Shown: positions 40,022 to 50,510, counted from the first letter of the stretch. The stretch is DNA of 55,103 bases from Candidatus Babeliales bacterium (GCA_016929235.1 JAFGJD010000002.1:1-55103), one strand, 5' to 3'. Numbers and translations are program-made. The notes: generated from the letters alone by a model not told the origin.

Positions 40022-40593
40022 AATTTTTTTAACACCTTCATAATACGTTTTTCATATTTCGATTGTGTAGTACGAGCACGCGTGCGGCGTAACCCTACCT
40101 CTTCGTGCTTAAGAGGAATATTCCGACTCATCTCTTCCATCAATTCATCAATCTCATGTTCTGCATGTTCGTTGAGTTTACGCAATGTCGCATCTCGCTG
40201 ATGCGCATTTTTTTTGTATTCCTTTTCCCCAAGTACATGAGCAAATGCCGAAGCATCAACTGCAATCACATTATGATAATATGCTGCTTCAATCAATTCA
40301 TTATCTGATGAAATCAGAACACACTCACGGTCTTTCGTTTCATGCAATAGTTTTTTAATAAGGTCGTCTGCAGATTTATGATAGCCAGCATGCACCACCC
40401 TCACACGGGTTCCGTAATACTCCTGACTTAGATGTTGTGTCAACCCGCCATCAAATACGACGCTGATAGTATGTTCTTTGCGACGGGCATACGATACCAA
40501 TGCCGCAATAAGGCCACTTTTCTTCTTCTCGGAGCTTTCTTGCGCCCCAAGCATAGTCTTTAGGAGGTTATAGCCATCAATAATAAGGTACAT
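40018..40593 (-). CDS. YacP/Rae1-like NYN-domain nuclease
   Basis: IIDGYN, VVFDG, SADD.I and SSD.EL acidic motifs. Confidence 0.85.
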   Translation of the reverse strand: MYLIIDGYNLLKTMLGAQESSEKKKSGLIAALVSYARRKEHTISVVFDGGLTQHLSQEYYGTRVRVVHAGYHKSADDLIKKLLHETKDRECVLISSDNELIEAAYYHNVIAVDASAFAHVLGEKEYKKNAHQRDATLRKLNEHAEHEIDELMEEMSRNIPLKHEEVGLRRTRARTTQSKYEKRIMKVLKKL

Positions 40594-40726
40594 GATTTAT
40601 CCTCTCGCACCCATCACTGTACAAAAGAAACACCCAGTTAGAAAACATTTTTACTCAAGAGTGTTTACTTAAACATACCTGATCACTATGATACGTAACA
40701 TCAGAAGAACCTGAAGAGGATCCAGC

Positions 40727-41587
40727 ATGTCGCAGTTGATTCAGATGCGCCAACGACTCAAAGCAGTCGAAACAATCAGAAAAATAACACATGCTATGCA
40801 ACTTGTGTCCATGTCGACACATCTTCAATTCAGAAACCGGAAACAACAAGCTCGGCTGTATCATGACGAACTGCAAGCCCTGCTCCTTACCTCAATATTT
40901 CGGGTTCCTACATGGACAAACCATATTCTGATGCCATCGGCATCAACCAAACCGAAAACATTACTTATTCTTGTGGGGTCTCAGAAAGGGCTCTGTGGAA
41001 CATTTAATACGGGACTCTTAAATGATTTTGATCAACTCTTGTCTGAAAATAATTTGTACCATGCTGATGCGATCATCATCGGAAAAAAAATGATAGAACA
41101 TATTAACGCTCGAAGAAAAACCCTACCCCTCAATATTATTGCACAACACGACGCATTTACTGCATCGACAATATCCGCGTTAATTACCTACATCATTGGT
41201 ATAATTGAACAAACACAAGAGCCATATACACTCGTACAATTGTACACAAATCACGCTATAACCTTTTTTTTACAGGAACATCGCCTATCTACATTAATTC
41301 CGTTTCAACAGTCTGAAGAAGTTGCCCCTTCGCAAGAAGATGAAATGCCATACTGGCACCAGGAACCAAACGACGTGCTCGATGCGCTTGCGCTTCAATA
41401 TCTTAAAGCTTCGATAAATAATATTTTCGTACAATCGCTTCTATCGGAACAGGCGGCACGATTCGTTTCCATGGACAGCGCAACACGTAACGCACGATCA
41501 TTGCTTGATACTATGCGGTTACAGTACAATAAATTACGTCAGGCAAAAATAACCAAAGAATTAATTGAATTAACGAGCAGTTTTTAG
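40727..41587 (+). CDS. atpG: F1 ATP synthase gamma subunit (stand-alone gene)
   Basis: KIT.AM.LV, KGLCG.FN, SEQAARF..MD.AT.NA, YNKLRQAKITKEL.E. Confidence 0.96.
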   Translation: MSQLIQMRQRLKAVETIRKITHAMQLVSMSTHLQFRNRKQQARLYHDELQALLLTSIFRVPTWTNHILMPSASTKPKTLLILVGSQKGLCGTFNTGLLNDFDQLLSENNLYHADAIIIGKKMIEHINARRKTLPLNIIAQHDAFTASTISALITYIIGIIEQTQEPYTLVQLYTNHAITFFLQEHRLSTLIPFQQSEEVAPSQEDEMPYWHQEPNDVLDALALQYLKASINNIFVQSLLSEQAARFVSMDSATRNARSLLDTMRLQYNKLRQAKITKELIELTSSF

Positions 41588-42916
41588 AATAATACGCGCA
41601 CCAAGTTGCTCTAATTTTTTATCAAGTTGTTGATACCCACGCTTCCAGTGATGTACCCCAGTAACGATTGTTTTTCCGACTGCAACAAGACCTGCTAAAA
41701 CTAGGGCACATGAACCCCGAATATCACCCGCGATAACATGTGTACCATACAGCTCATCAACACCATGAACTTCAGCTCGATCACCATTGACAGAAATCAG
41801 TGCGCCCATTTTCTGAAGCTCAGGAACATGAAGAAATCGATTCTCAAATACTGTTTCATGAATTGAACTCGTTCCCTCTGCCAAACATTGTGCAACCATC
41901 ATTGGGGCTTGTAAATCGGTTGGAAATCCTGGATATGGGGACGTCTTGAATGAAACAGCCCGTGGATTTTCGACTGCTCGAATGCTAATACCCCTTCCAG
42001 GAGTAACCTCAGCAATCTCATGGCCCATCTCCTGAAGCTTAAAAAGAAATACATCCAACAAATTAAATGAAACATTAGGAATAGTTACTTCACCCCCTGT
42101 AATTGCAGCAGCAAGAAGTAATGATCCAGCTTCAAGCCGATCCACCACAATTTCATGATCGATAGGACGCAAGGCCGCAACTCCTTCAATCTCTATGCAT
42201 GCGGGAGCCTTAATTTCAATGCACGCCCCCATTTTTTTGAGAACTGCAATCAAATCTAGTACTTCCGGCTCCAATGCCGCGTTGACAATTTTAGTCACGC
42301 CAGGCGTGAGCACAGCAGCCATCATGAGGTTCTCTGTCGCACCAACACTCGGATACTCCAAAATCAAACGTTGCGCCTGCAATTGCTTCACCGTTGCCAA
42401 AAGCATATCTCCATTGCTTTTATATCGTACCCCCATCTTTTCAAAGTTTTTGATGTGGTAATCGATTGGCCGTTTACCAATTCCACAGCCACCCGGCAAT
42501 GCGATATCTGCTCGTGAAAAGCGCGCAAGAAGTGGACCCATCACCAAAACAGATGCGCGCATCTTTTTCATGATATCAGCCTTGACTCTATGCTTCGAAA
42601 TAGTTGAGGTATCAACACATGCAGTATTTTGTTGTGGATAAAATTGCACATCAGCGCCCAAATCACGTAATAGCGCTATCATCTGGAGAACATCTTCTGA
42701 GTTCGGAATATTAGTAAGAGTCGATTTACCCTCAGTTAGAATCAGAGACGCCATAATCACTAACACTGCGTTTTTGGCCCCAACTACATCGACTTCTCCG
42801 CGCAGTTTCAACGATTGTCCAATAACTATAGACGGAAACAAGTCATCAGATATCTCTGTCACAGATGGCGCTGATTCCTGAGAAGGGTCAGTATCAATGA
42901 TAAGGGTTTTTTCCAT
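41570..42916 (-). CDS. murA: UDP-N-acetylglucosamine 1-carboxyvinyltransferase
   Basis: GAKNA, MRAS, PGGC.IG.RP (active Cys kept), PGFPTDLQ, FENRF; short acidic N-terminal extension. Confidence 0.97.
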   Translation of the reverse strand: MEKTLIIDTDPSQESAPSVTEISDDLFPSIVIGQSLKLRGEVDVVGAKNAVLVIMASLILTEGKSTLTNIPNSEDVLQMIALLRDLGADVQFYPQQNTACVDTSTISKHRVKADIMKKMRASVLVMGPLLARFSRADIALPGGCGIGKRPIDYHIKNFEKMGVRYKSNGDMLLATVKQLQAQRLILEYPSVGATENLMMAAVLTPGVTKIVNAALEPEVLDLIAVLKKMGACIEIKAPACIEIEGVAALRPIDHEIVVDRLEAGSLLLAAAITGGEVTIPNVSFNLLDVFLFKLQEMGHEIAEVTPGRGISIRAVENPRAVSFKTSPYPGFPTDLQAPMMVAQCLAEGTSSIHETVFENRFLHVPELQKMGALISVNGDRAEVHGVDELYGTHVIAGDIRGSCALVLAGLVAVGKTIVTGVHHWKRGYQQLDKKLEQLGARIILKTAR

Positions 42917-43219
42917 GAAGGGCTCTCTTATATTTATTTTATAGTGATAAGCGTATCATGCGAGACTCTCGTAAGTATAGGATCTAAATTGCATCTCAGC
43001 ATACCGAATACTGTTCTTGAGTTATTTTACGACTTTTTCACTGTACATGACAGGAAACTTTGCATGACAAATTCAACGGATTATTTAAGGATGAACCATA
43101 TTGTAACGACAAAAAAAAGAATAGCCAAAAAAGAAACAATCCAATTGAAAAAATAGTTCGAGATCTTTATTATGGTGTCTGAATTTATTTAAAATTTTTC
43201 TGGTGAGGAGTCCACGAAT

Positions 43220-43810
43220 ATGCGCACTGAGGCGAGCAAAAAAGGGAGATTAGAGGTTATTTGCGGATCAATGTTTTCCGGAAAATCGGAAGAGCTGATT
43301 CTACGTCTTCGCCGCGCACAATTTGCCAAGCAGAACGCCGTTGTTTTTAAGCATAGTCTCGATGATCGTGTCGCCCGCTCTTATATTACAACCCATAACG
43401 GTAGTAAGTTTGAAGCCATTCCCATAGAGCATCCATCTACTATCCTTTCCGTTGTGGATAAAGATACTGAAGTCATAGCAATAGATGAAGTACAATTCTT
43501 CAACAATGATATCATTAATATTGTGTGTCAGATGGTAGATGAGGGAAGGCGCGTTATTGTTGCAGGACTTGATCTTGATTTTCGCGGCGTCCCATTTGGA
43601 CCTATCCCAACACTCATGGCTGTTGCAGATCAGACGACCAAGCTCAAGGCTATTTGCATGGTCTGCGGGAAAGATGCACATTTCTCCCAACGACTCATCA
43701 ATGGTGAACCTGCCAATTATGAAGATCCTATTGTGATTATCGGCGCAGAAAATTGTTATCAAGCTCGCTGTAGAAGTTGTCACCAAATCAACCGGATTCA
43801 TATATTTTGA
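43220..43810 (+). CDS. tdk: Thymidine kinase
   Basis: GSMFSGKS, IDEVQFF, GLDLDFRG.PF, zinc-site CMVC...CRSC. Confidence 0.96.
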   Translation: MRTEASKKGRLEVICGSMFSGKSEELILRLRRAQFAKQNAVVFKHSLDDRVARSYITTHNGSKFEAIPIEHPSTILSVVDKDTEVIAIDEVQFFNNDIINIVCQMVDEGRRVIVAGLDLDFRGVPFGPIPTLMAVADQTTKLKAICMVCGKDAHFSQRLINGEPANYEDPIVIIGAENCYQARCRSCHQINRIHIF

Positions 43811-45183
43811 GCAAGACTAAACTCAATTATAAATGTACCAACTGTGATTATCGTCCTCCTCGTTGGGTAGGATGCTGTCCTGAATGCAGCGAGTGGAATA
43901 GTGTTGTCGAATTTCAAGCAACACAACAACCCGGTATTGGCAAAAAGATCAGTACCACCGCATTAACTATGGTCCCATTGACAGAAATCAAAACAAACTC
44001 TCATAGACGCTTACTGTCAGGCATCCAAGAATGGGATCGGGTCCTCGGTGATGGTATTATGCCAAATTCATTTCTCATTCTAACAGGTGATCCAGGCATA
44101 GGAAAATCAACACTTCTTTTACAGGTTGCTCACGCAATTTCACAGCATCACCGTGTCTTTTACTTTTCATCAGAAGAATCGCTTGAACAGGTTAAAGTTC
44201 GTGCAGAGCGATTGGGATGTGCATCAGAAAATCTTTTATTTTCAGATCAGGCACGTCTGGAAGCCATTGTTGCTACGGTTGAAACGGACCAACCAGACCT
44301 GGTTGTCGTAGATTCAATTCAAAACTGCTATGCCTCAGAAGTACAAACCCTACCGGGTAGTATCGGCCAGTTGCGTGAAACATCTTTCCAGCTCATGAGG
44401 CTGGCTAAAGAGCACAATGTTGCCATCATTGTCAGTGGCCACATTACTAAAGATGGCAACATAGCTGGACCAAAAATGCTCGAGCACATGGTTGATGGAG
44501 TCTTTTATCTTCAGGGCGAAGATCGATGGCAAACCCGCGTGTTGCGCTCGGTCAAAAATCGATTCGGAAGTATTAACGAACTGGGTTTTTTTGAGATGGA
44601 AACTTCTGGACTCAAAGAAGTTTCCAACATCAATGAGGAACTCCTCAATGCTACCAATAATTCTCCTGGTGCTTCATTGATCAGCTATCTCGAAGGCTCA
44701 CGGCCCCTCCTTCTCGAGCTTCAGGCCCTCACAATTGCATCTAAATATCCATCACCCCAGCGCGTCGTAACCAACCTTGACTATAAACGCCTTGTTCTCA
44801 TTGCCGCAATTTTAGAAAAGTATCTCAAAATCAGATTTAGTGCGCATGATATTTTTTTCAAAGTAAGTGGTGGTTTTACGATTAAAGACAGTTCATCAGA
44901 TCTTGGAATTGCCCTCGCATTATTATCCAGTTACTTTCAAAAATCTCTTCCAGAAAAATCAATCGCTTTAGGGGAAATTAGTCTCACCGGACATATTAAG
45001 CCAGTCAATCTCATTACACGTCATCTCAATGAGGCAACAACATACGGGATCAAAGTTATATTCATTTCTCATAACCAGTCGCTTCCAAAAACAAGAATCA
45101 AGGTGAAACGACTCCACAATGTCTTCGAACTCATGGAATTGTTTATTGAAGCCGAAGATCATTCGGTACCAAAGGCAGAATGA
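43807..45183 (+). CDS. radA: DNA repair protein RadA/Sms
   Basis: C..C..W.G.CP.C zinc finger, GDPGIGKSTL, KNRFG; TTG start overlapping the tdk stop. Confidence 0.96.
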   Translation: MSKTKLNYKCTNCDYRPPRWVGCCPECSEWNSVVEFQATQQPGIGKKISTTALTMVPLTEIKTNSHRRLLSGIQEWDRVLGDGIMPNSFLILTGDPGIGKSTLLLQVAHAISQHHRVFYFSSEESLEQVKVRAERLGCASENLLFSDQARLEAIVATVETDQPDLVVVDSIQNCYASEVQTLPGSIGQLRETSFQLMRLAKEHNVAIIVSGHITKDGNIAGPKMLEHMVDGVFYLQGEDRWQTRVLRSVKNRFGSINELGFFEMETSGLKEVSNINEELLNATNNSPGASLISYLEGSRPLLLELQALTIASKYPSPQRVVTNLDYKRLVLIAAILEKYLKIRFSAHDIFFKVSGGFTIKDSSSDLGIALALLSSYFQKSLPEKSIALGEISLTGHIKPVNLITRHLNEATTYGIKVIFISHNQSLPKTRIKVKRLHNVFELMELFIEAEDHSVPKAE

Positions 45184-45232
45184 TCATAGTATACTACTAT
45201 GGATTTTATCTATTCCAGAAGGACTGTTTCAT

Positions 45233-48200
45233 ATGAACATTACCAAAACAAAGCTTTTTTGGATCCTGGCCACGTTAGTTTCACTCACTGGCATTGCTTT
45301 TACCATTAAATATTTTAAGCGTGCCTTTCCTATAGCAAATGTTGAGGTCTCAGTTGATAGAGCCGATGCACTAGAAAAAGCCCGATACCACGCTACTTCG
45401 TATGGCATAGGCCCTGACACTTATGCTGCTGCCGCTTCCTTTGAAAACGACCGTAACGTACAAAACTATATCGAACTTGAGGCTGGCGGTAGTGAAGCCT
45501 TTAATGAGGTAATCAAGGGATCCTTGTATGCACCATTTACATGGCATGTGCGCCATTTTAATGAAGGTAGTGCTCATGAATGTACTTTCTATTTCAAACC
45601 AGATGGAACTCCTTATGGTTTTGTAGAAAAACTTCCCGAAGAAACCTCCCTGCCGTCACTCGCAGCCCACACAGCACAAAAGAAAGCTGAGGCTCTAGCA
45701 CAACAATGGAATATCGATCTTGCACTGTTTGAGAGTATTGAGACGGCAAAAGACGAAAAGCCCAACGGTCGTGTCGATTACACCTTTGTGTATGAGCAGC
45801 AACACGTATCAATAGGCGAAGGAAAATACCGGCTCACACTTTCAGTTTCGGGTAATAAGGTAACCGGAATACAGCACACTATTAAAATCCCTGAATCATT
45901 CTTCCTGCGCTATGAAGAAATGCGTTCGGCTAATACAACGCTCGCAACTGCAGCAAGCCTATTAATGTATCTTTTATATCTCATTTTGGGCTGCTTCATT
46001 GGGCTTTTTATATTAATGCGCAAGCGCTACGTTTTGTGGAAACAACCATTGATTTGGACGGGAATCATGGCAACGCTTTCACTAGCAAAAATATTTAATG
46101 AAATTCCACTACATTGGATGTTCTATGATACCGCCGTATCCAAAGTACAATTTCTTGTCACAACACTGATTGGATCATTCATATCTATGCTATTCAGTGC
46201 TCTAATATTTCTCCTTTCTGCAGCCGCAGCAGAAAGTCTTACACGGATGGCATTTGGCAATCAGATACAACTATGGAAGTTATGGAAACCATCAATCGGC
46301 AACACTGTTTCTGTGCTTGGAAGAACCATTGGTGGATATCTCATTGTCGGTCTTCACCTTGCCTTCATCGTTTTAATGTATCTTTTTTCTCGTTCTATTT
46401 TGGGCTGGTGGGTGCCTTCAGATACTATGATCGACCCTAATATTCTTGCAACGTATATACCATGGCTACCATCAGTAACCGACGCACTACACGCAGGGTT
46501 TTGGGAAGAATGTTTGTTTCGGGCAGTTCCTTTGGCAGGAGCAGCACTGCTTGGCCGCAAATTTAAAAAAGAACGCTTATTCATTGTCATTGGCTTCATA
46601 ATCCAAATTCTGATCTTTGGTGCTGCTCACGCCAATTATGCAACGCAACCATTTTACGGTCGCTTAGTAGAGCTGATTATTCCAAGTACTATTTTTGGTG
46701 CTGTGTACCTAATGTTCGGATTATTACCATCGATTCTATCACATTTTGTATTTGACCTAATTCTCATGTCACAACCTCTTTTTGCTTCAGCATCCTCGGG
46801 ATCAATTGTCGATAAATTTTTCGTGATAGCGTGTGGAAGCATACCCCTTTTTGTTGTGGCCTATCGCTGGTGGCAAGCAGGAAACTGGCATTCAATTTCA
46901 CATACAGCATACAACAAAGCATGGCAGCCATCACAAGCCCACAATCATGCTGTACACGCCACGCATACATTTACCCAACTATCACCAACTCGTGCAACGA
47001 AGCAGAAACTATGCGGCATTGCTATCTTTGCAACGCTTACGTGGGCCATTGTAACACCGTGGAAACAAAATGCTCCCACAATGTCCATTTCTAGAAGTAC
47101 AGCAATAACACGTGCAACCGAGGCGCTTGCACATTCAGACATTAAACTGGAACATCCATGGCAACCACTTGCCCAAATTGTCGGCGTGGTGGGAACACCA
47201 GGGCGGTTTGTATGGCAAGAAACTAATACTCAAACATATGAACGACTTGTACAACAGCATTACTTAGACGAGCCAACATGGTTGATACGGTTTGTTCGAT
47301 TTACTGGTTCCGTTGATGACCGTAGAGAGGAATACCATATCTTTGTCGATGGTATAGGATCCGTCCTACGAGTTAGACATGTAGTGCCAGAATCATTCAA
47401 AGGAGAATCTCTCAGTGAGACGCAAGCTCGAACAAAAGTTCATAAGGCTCTTAAAGATATTCTCAATAAAGACATAGAATCGCTTAAGGAGATTTCAGCC
47501 ATTCCAACAAAACTTCCAGAACGCACCGACTGGCAGTTTACCTTCTCTGACAAAACAATATTCGAACATGGTGGAGGAGAAGCCCGCATCTCCGTGACAG
47601 TAAGCGGCAATATCGTGTCAGATATTGCACGACATATTCATGTGCCAGAAGCGTGGGAACGTAATGACCGAAGTACAATGAATTTACTTCAAAACATCTC
47701 AGGCCTTAGTTCAACCTTACTTAGACTAATGTTTATTGTGATAACACTCTTTATTCTCATGAACAGCCTATTTGCCGGTGGATTCTTCCTAAAAAGTCTA
47801 GGCATATTATTTTCCTTATGGTGCATCAATAGCATCAATGCATGGCAATCAGTCCTCTTTGCTATTTCGCCCATCAGACCTTTTGGGCAACAGGTAGGAT
47901 CCATAGCAGGAAGTATGATTATTATGTTATTGCTTGAGGGTGCATGTCTCGCATTATTGGTAGCATTCGTCCAAAAGCACAGCAAAAAAACCTATGTATA
48001 TAACCGCAGTCTGCTTGCAGCAGGCGCTGGTGCTGTTGGTGGTATGATCTTTGCAACACTTCGGCACTTCACACAAATAGAACCGACATGGGCAATGTAT
48101 AGCGCATGGTCACAGTATGCCCCTGCATTAGGAACGGCATTGTCATTAATTGCAGCTTTTATTCGCTCAAGTATTTTATTTATGAGTCTCCTTACAATGC

Positions 48201-48550
48201 TAAACTACCTCAGAACAAAACGTCCAATCTCAGATATCGCACTTCTTCTGATTTGGCTTATAATCGGTTTGTTACTTGTTGCTAATTTTGGCATTACCAG
48301 CGTTCTTGGTTGGATAATTGCAGGTCTCGCGCTTGGCTACACACTCAATATCACCTACCGATTTATATGGAGTTTTGATCCAGCACTAGGCATCTTTGTT
48401 ATTGCCACAACGACTATATTATCCGCGCTACAAGCTGCCATTTTGTCAGCTTATCCAGTAGCAACTATTGGTAATATTGTCGCGACTTGTTTGATTTATG
48501 CACTTGCAACTAGAGGCTATCTCTTATTGCATAGAAATCATCATGACTAA
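45233..48550 (+). CDS. Large CPBP/CAAX (Abi) intramembrane metalloprotease with duplicated extracytoplasmic domain
   Basis: EE..FR, FG..H and H...D motifs (WEECLFR, FGAAHANY, SHFVFD); many TM segments; two similar ~200-aa soluble repeats. Confidence 0.85.
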   Translation: MNITKTKLFWILATLVSLTGIAFTIKYFKRAFPIANVEVSVDRADALEKARYHATSYGIGPDTYAAAASFENDRNVQNYIELEAGGSEAFNEVIKGSLYAPFTWHVRHFNEGSAHECTFYFKPDGTPYGFVEKLPEETSLPSLAAHTAQKKAEALAQQWNIDLALFESIETAKDEKPNGRVDYTFVYEQQHVSIGEGKYRLTLSVSGNKVTGIQHTIKIPESFFLRYEEMRSANTTLATAASLLMYLLYLILGCFIGLFILMRKRYVLWKQPLIWTGIMATLSLAKIFNEIPLHWMFYDTAVSKVQFLVTTLIGSFISMLFSALIFLLSAAAAESLTRMAFGNQIQLWKLWKPSIGNTVSVLGRTIGGYLIVGLHLAFIVLMYLFSRSILGWWVPSDTMIDPNILATYIPWLPSVTDALHAGFWEECLFRAVPLAGAALLGRKFKKERLFIVIGFIIQILIFGAAHANYATQPFYGRLVELIIPSTIFGAVYLMFGLLPSILSHFVFDLILMSQPLFASASSGSIVDKFFVIACGSIPLFVVAYRWWQAGNWHSISHTAYNKAWQPSQAHNHAVHATHTFTQLSPTRATKQKLCGIAIFATLTWAIVTPWKQNAPTMSISRSTAITRATEALAHSDIKLEHPWQPLAQIVGVVGTPGRFVWQETNTQTYERLVQQHYLDEPTWLIRFVRFTGSVDDRREEYHIFVDGIGSVLRVRHVVPESFKGESLSETQARTKVHKALKDILNKDIESLKEISAIPTKLPERTDWQFTFSDKTIFEHGGGEARISVTVSGNIVSDIARHIHVPEAWERNDRSTMNLLQNISGLSSTLLRLMFIVITLFILMNSLFAGGFFLKSLGILFSLWCINSINAWQSVLFAISPIRPFGQQVGSIAGSMIIMLLLEGACLALLVAFVQKHSKKTYVYNRSLLAAGAGAVGGMIFATLRHFTQIEPTWAMYSAWSQYAPALGTALSLIAAFIRSSILFMSLLTMLNYLRTKRPISDIALLLIWLIIGLLLVANFGITSVLGWIIAGLALGYTLNITYRFIWSFDPALGIFVIATTTILSALQAAILSAYPVATIGNIVATCLIYALATRGYLLLHRNHHD

Positions 48551-48794
48551 TAAACAGCTCCAAGAAATTCCTGGGGTTGGACCAAGTATTGCGCAAGACC
48601 TTTGGGATCTTGGCATACGCAAGATTGGTGACTTGCGCCTCCGCAACCCAGAGCAGATGTACAAAGAATTATGCGCTCTGCGTGGAATGCATATCGATCG
48701 TTGTGTTTTGTATGTTTTTCGATGTGCTGTATATTATGCGTCACATGATAAACACACCCCAGCATTACTTAAATGGTGGAATTGGAAAGACTAA
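48543..48794 (+). CDS. Cdd1/'pathogenicity locus' helix-hairpin-helix protein
   Basis: IPGVG.SIA.DL..LGI, DRCVLYVFRCAVY, WWNWKD. Confidence 0.85.
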   Translation: MTNKQLQEIPGVGPSIAQDLWDLGIRKIGDLRLRNPEQMYKELCALRGMHIDRCVLYVFRCAVYYASHDKHTPALLKWWNWKD

Positions 48795-49636
48795 AGATTG
48801 TCACTTTCGTTGATACGTTTTGTTTTTGCAAGTACATTTTCTGCGTAACGTTTCCTATCAGAACCCGTCCCCCTTGCACTAGTCATGAGCCTGCGCCTCT
48901 CGTTCTCTTCTCGTGTATCAGCATAATCTAGATCGCGAGCAGCTAACGCACGAGATTGCCCTCGTAAGGCATGAAAGGCTGTAAGAAATTTTGCAATCGA
49001 TGGCTCATCAGCTAAAACAACGACATTTTCCCAACTGGCCTTTTCAGCTTGCCCAGTAAAATTAAAGGAGCCCGTCCAACATAGAGGCCTGTTTGCTCTT
49101 TCATTTTCACCAAAAAGAAAGAATTTGTTATGCATAACAACAAAATTACACTCTCCATCTTTCTTGCGCTCACGTGTTTCATTGAAAACAGTTGCTCTCC
49201 TGACCTGACATCCATGATTCACCAGATAGAGCAGCGCGCGAGGACAAGGAGCTGCGGGATTATCTCTTCTATAGCGCTGGTCAACAACAAGATGTACCGG
49301 AACATCTCTTCCTTGTGCCTCTGCAAGCGCGCGTGCAACTCTACCAAAGTTGAATTCAAAAACAGCCCCAGAAACTGATTCCCGTTCTTCTCTCACCAAC
49401 GCACAAAATAGATCTGCTATGCCCGTCTCATTCAGCACGCCACCATATGGAGAAGAAACAACCGCAAGCGGGTAAACCCGTTGCCCTTCACCAGACGCCT
49501 CACCATCATCCCGAATAGCAAGTGCATCGATTTCTTGAGCCGCCGCAGCTACGTCAGGATCATCCATGCCATACGAAACAGATACCAAAAGTAATGATGA
49601 AACAATTATAAATAATGGTAAAAAATATTTCTTCAT
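48791..49636 (-). CDS. Secreted phospholipase D/Nuc-like protein (single HKD-type motif)
   Basis: Signal peptide MKKYFL...SYG; MHNKF, WTGSFNFT..A....EN. Confidence 0.85.
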   Translation of the reverse strand: MKKYFLPLFIIVSSLLLVSVSYGMDDPDVAAAAQEIDALAIRDDGEASGEGQRVYPLAVVSSPYGGVLNETGIADLFCALVREERESVSGAVFEFNFGRVARALAEAQGRDVPVHLVVDQRYRRDNPAAPCPRALLYLVNHGCQVRRATVFNETRERKKDGECNFVVMHNKFFLFGENERANRPLCWTGSFNFTGQAEKASWENVVVLADEPSIAKFLTAFHALRGQSRALAARDLDYADTREENERRRLMTSARGTGSDRKRYAENVLAKTKRINESDNL

Positions 49637-49725
49637 AAATTGAACTATCCTAGCATTGTGTGAAACGACCGCGCTATGGTAGTATAGTTTGCACTTGAAG
49701 TCACGCCATTTTATCTCGGAATAGT

Positions 49726-50415
49726 ATGAACACAAAATACCGCAATAGAATCATCATTCTTGTTCTTTTAATATCCGCTTTCGGATTACTACATTATTTT
49801 GGCTTTACTTCGTATCTTTCAACGACATATTTGAAAGAGTTTGCAGAGAATGCTCGTGAGTTTGCTAGTGACAATTATATGTCATCTGTCCTTTCATTCA
49901 TTGGCTTATTGACACTCTTGCTAGCATTTTCGATACCTGCTGGCATTCTAGTTCCAATCATCGGAGGGTTTTTGTTTGGCTGGATTCCGGGAGCTTTCTA
50001 TTCCGTTATTGGAGCCACGCTTGGAGCAACGTGCTCGTTTCTTATGGCTCGCTATTTTATTGGCGATTACATTCACGAACGCTATACAAAACGGCTTGAA
50101 AAATTCAATACTGAGTTGAATAACTATGGCTACCTGTATCTAATAGGTTTGCACTTTTTTCCCGTAACTCCATTTTTCATTCTCAATATTTTAGCTGGTG
50201 CAACAAACATTTCCGCCAAGACCTTTATGTGGACAACTCTGGTAGGAGTCACGCCAGCGTACCTGATTTATAGCTATATTGGACAACAATTGATTTCTAT
50301 AGAAAACTTCACTGCCATGGTTTCTACTAAAATTATTGCCGCATTTATTGTTCTCAAAATCCTTTCGCTCACCACACTGCTTCTTGGAAGATTTGGCATA
50401 CGGAGACACTCATAA
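49726..50415 (+). CDS. TVP38/TMEM64 (DedA superfamily) membrane protein
   Basis: GGFLFGW..G, GATLGA...F..ARY, P..PF...N..AG, TL.G..P. Confidence 0.9.
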   Translation: MNTKYRNRIIILVLLISAFGLLHYFGFTSYLSTTYLKEFAENAREFASDNYMSSVLSFIGLLTLLLAFSIPAGILVPIIGGFLFGWIPGAFYSVIGATLGATCSFLMARYFIGDYIHERYTKRLEKFNTELNNYGYLYLIGLHFFPVTPFFILNILAGATNISAKTFMWTTLVGVTPAYLIYSYIGQQLISIENFTAMVSTKIIAAFIVLKILSLTTLLLGRFGIRRHS

Positions 50416-50436
50416 AATACCAGTCGATAACCTAGA

Positions 50437-50464
50437 TTGAATGTTCATTACAATATGGTACCAT
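50437..50464 (+). promoter_or_regulatory. Putative sigma70 promoter
   Basis: TTGAAT-16 nt-TACCAT with TGn extension, ~45 nt upstream of ATG 50511. Confidence 0.4.
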
Positions 50465-50510
50465 GTCTTTGGTATAGTTTGTTTTTTTCTTTAATTATGG
50501 GATTTTATCT

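Noticed and set aside
42944..43156. 70-aa ORF between murA and tdk
   Set aside because: No SD or recognisable motif; lies in an AT-rich divergent promoter region
40018..45183. Firmicutes-like radA...yacP-rpmG-secE synteny
   Set aside because: Orientation and intervening genes differ; proximity could be chance
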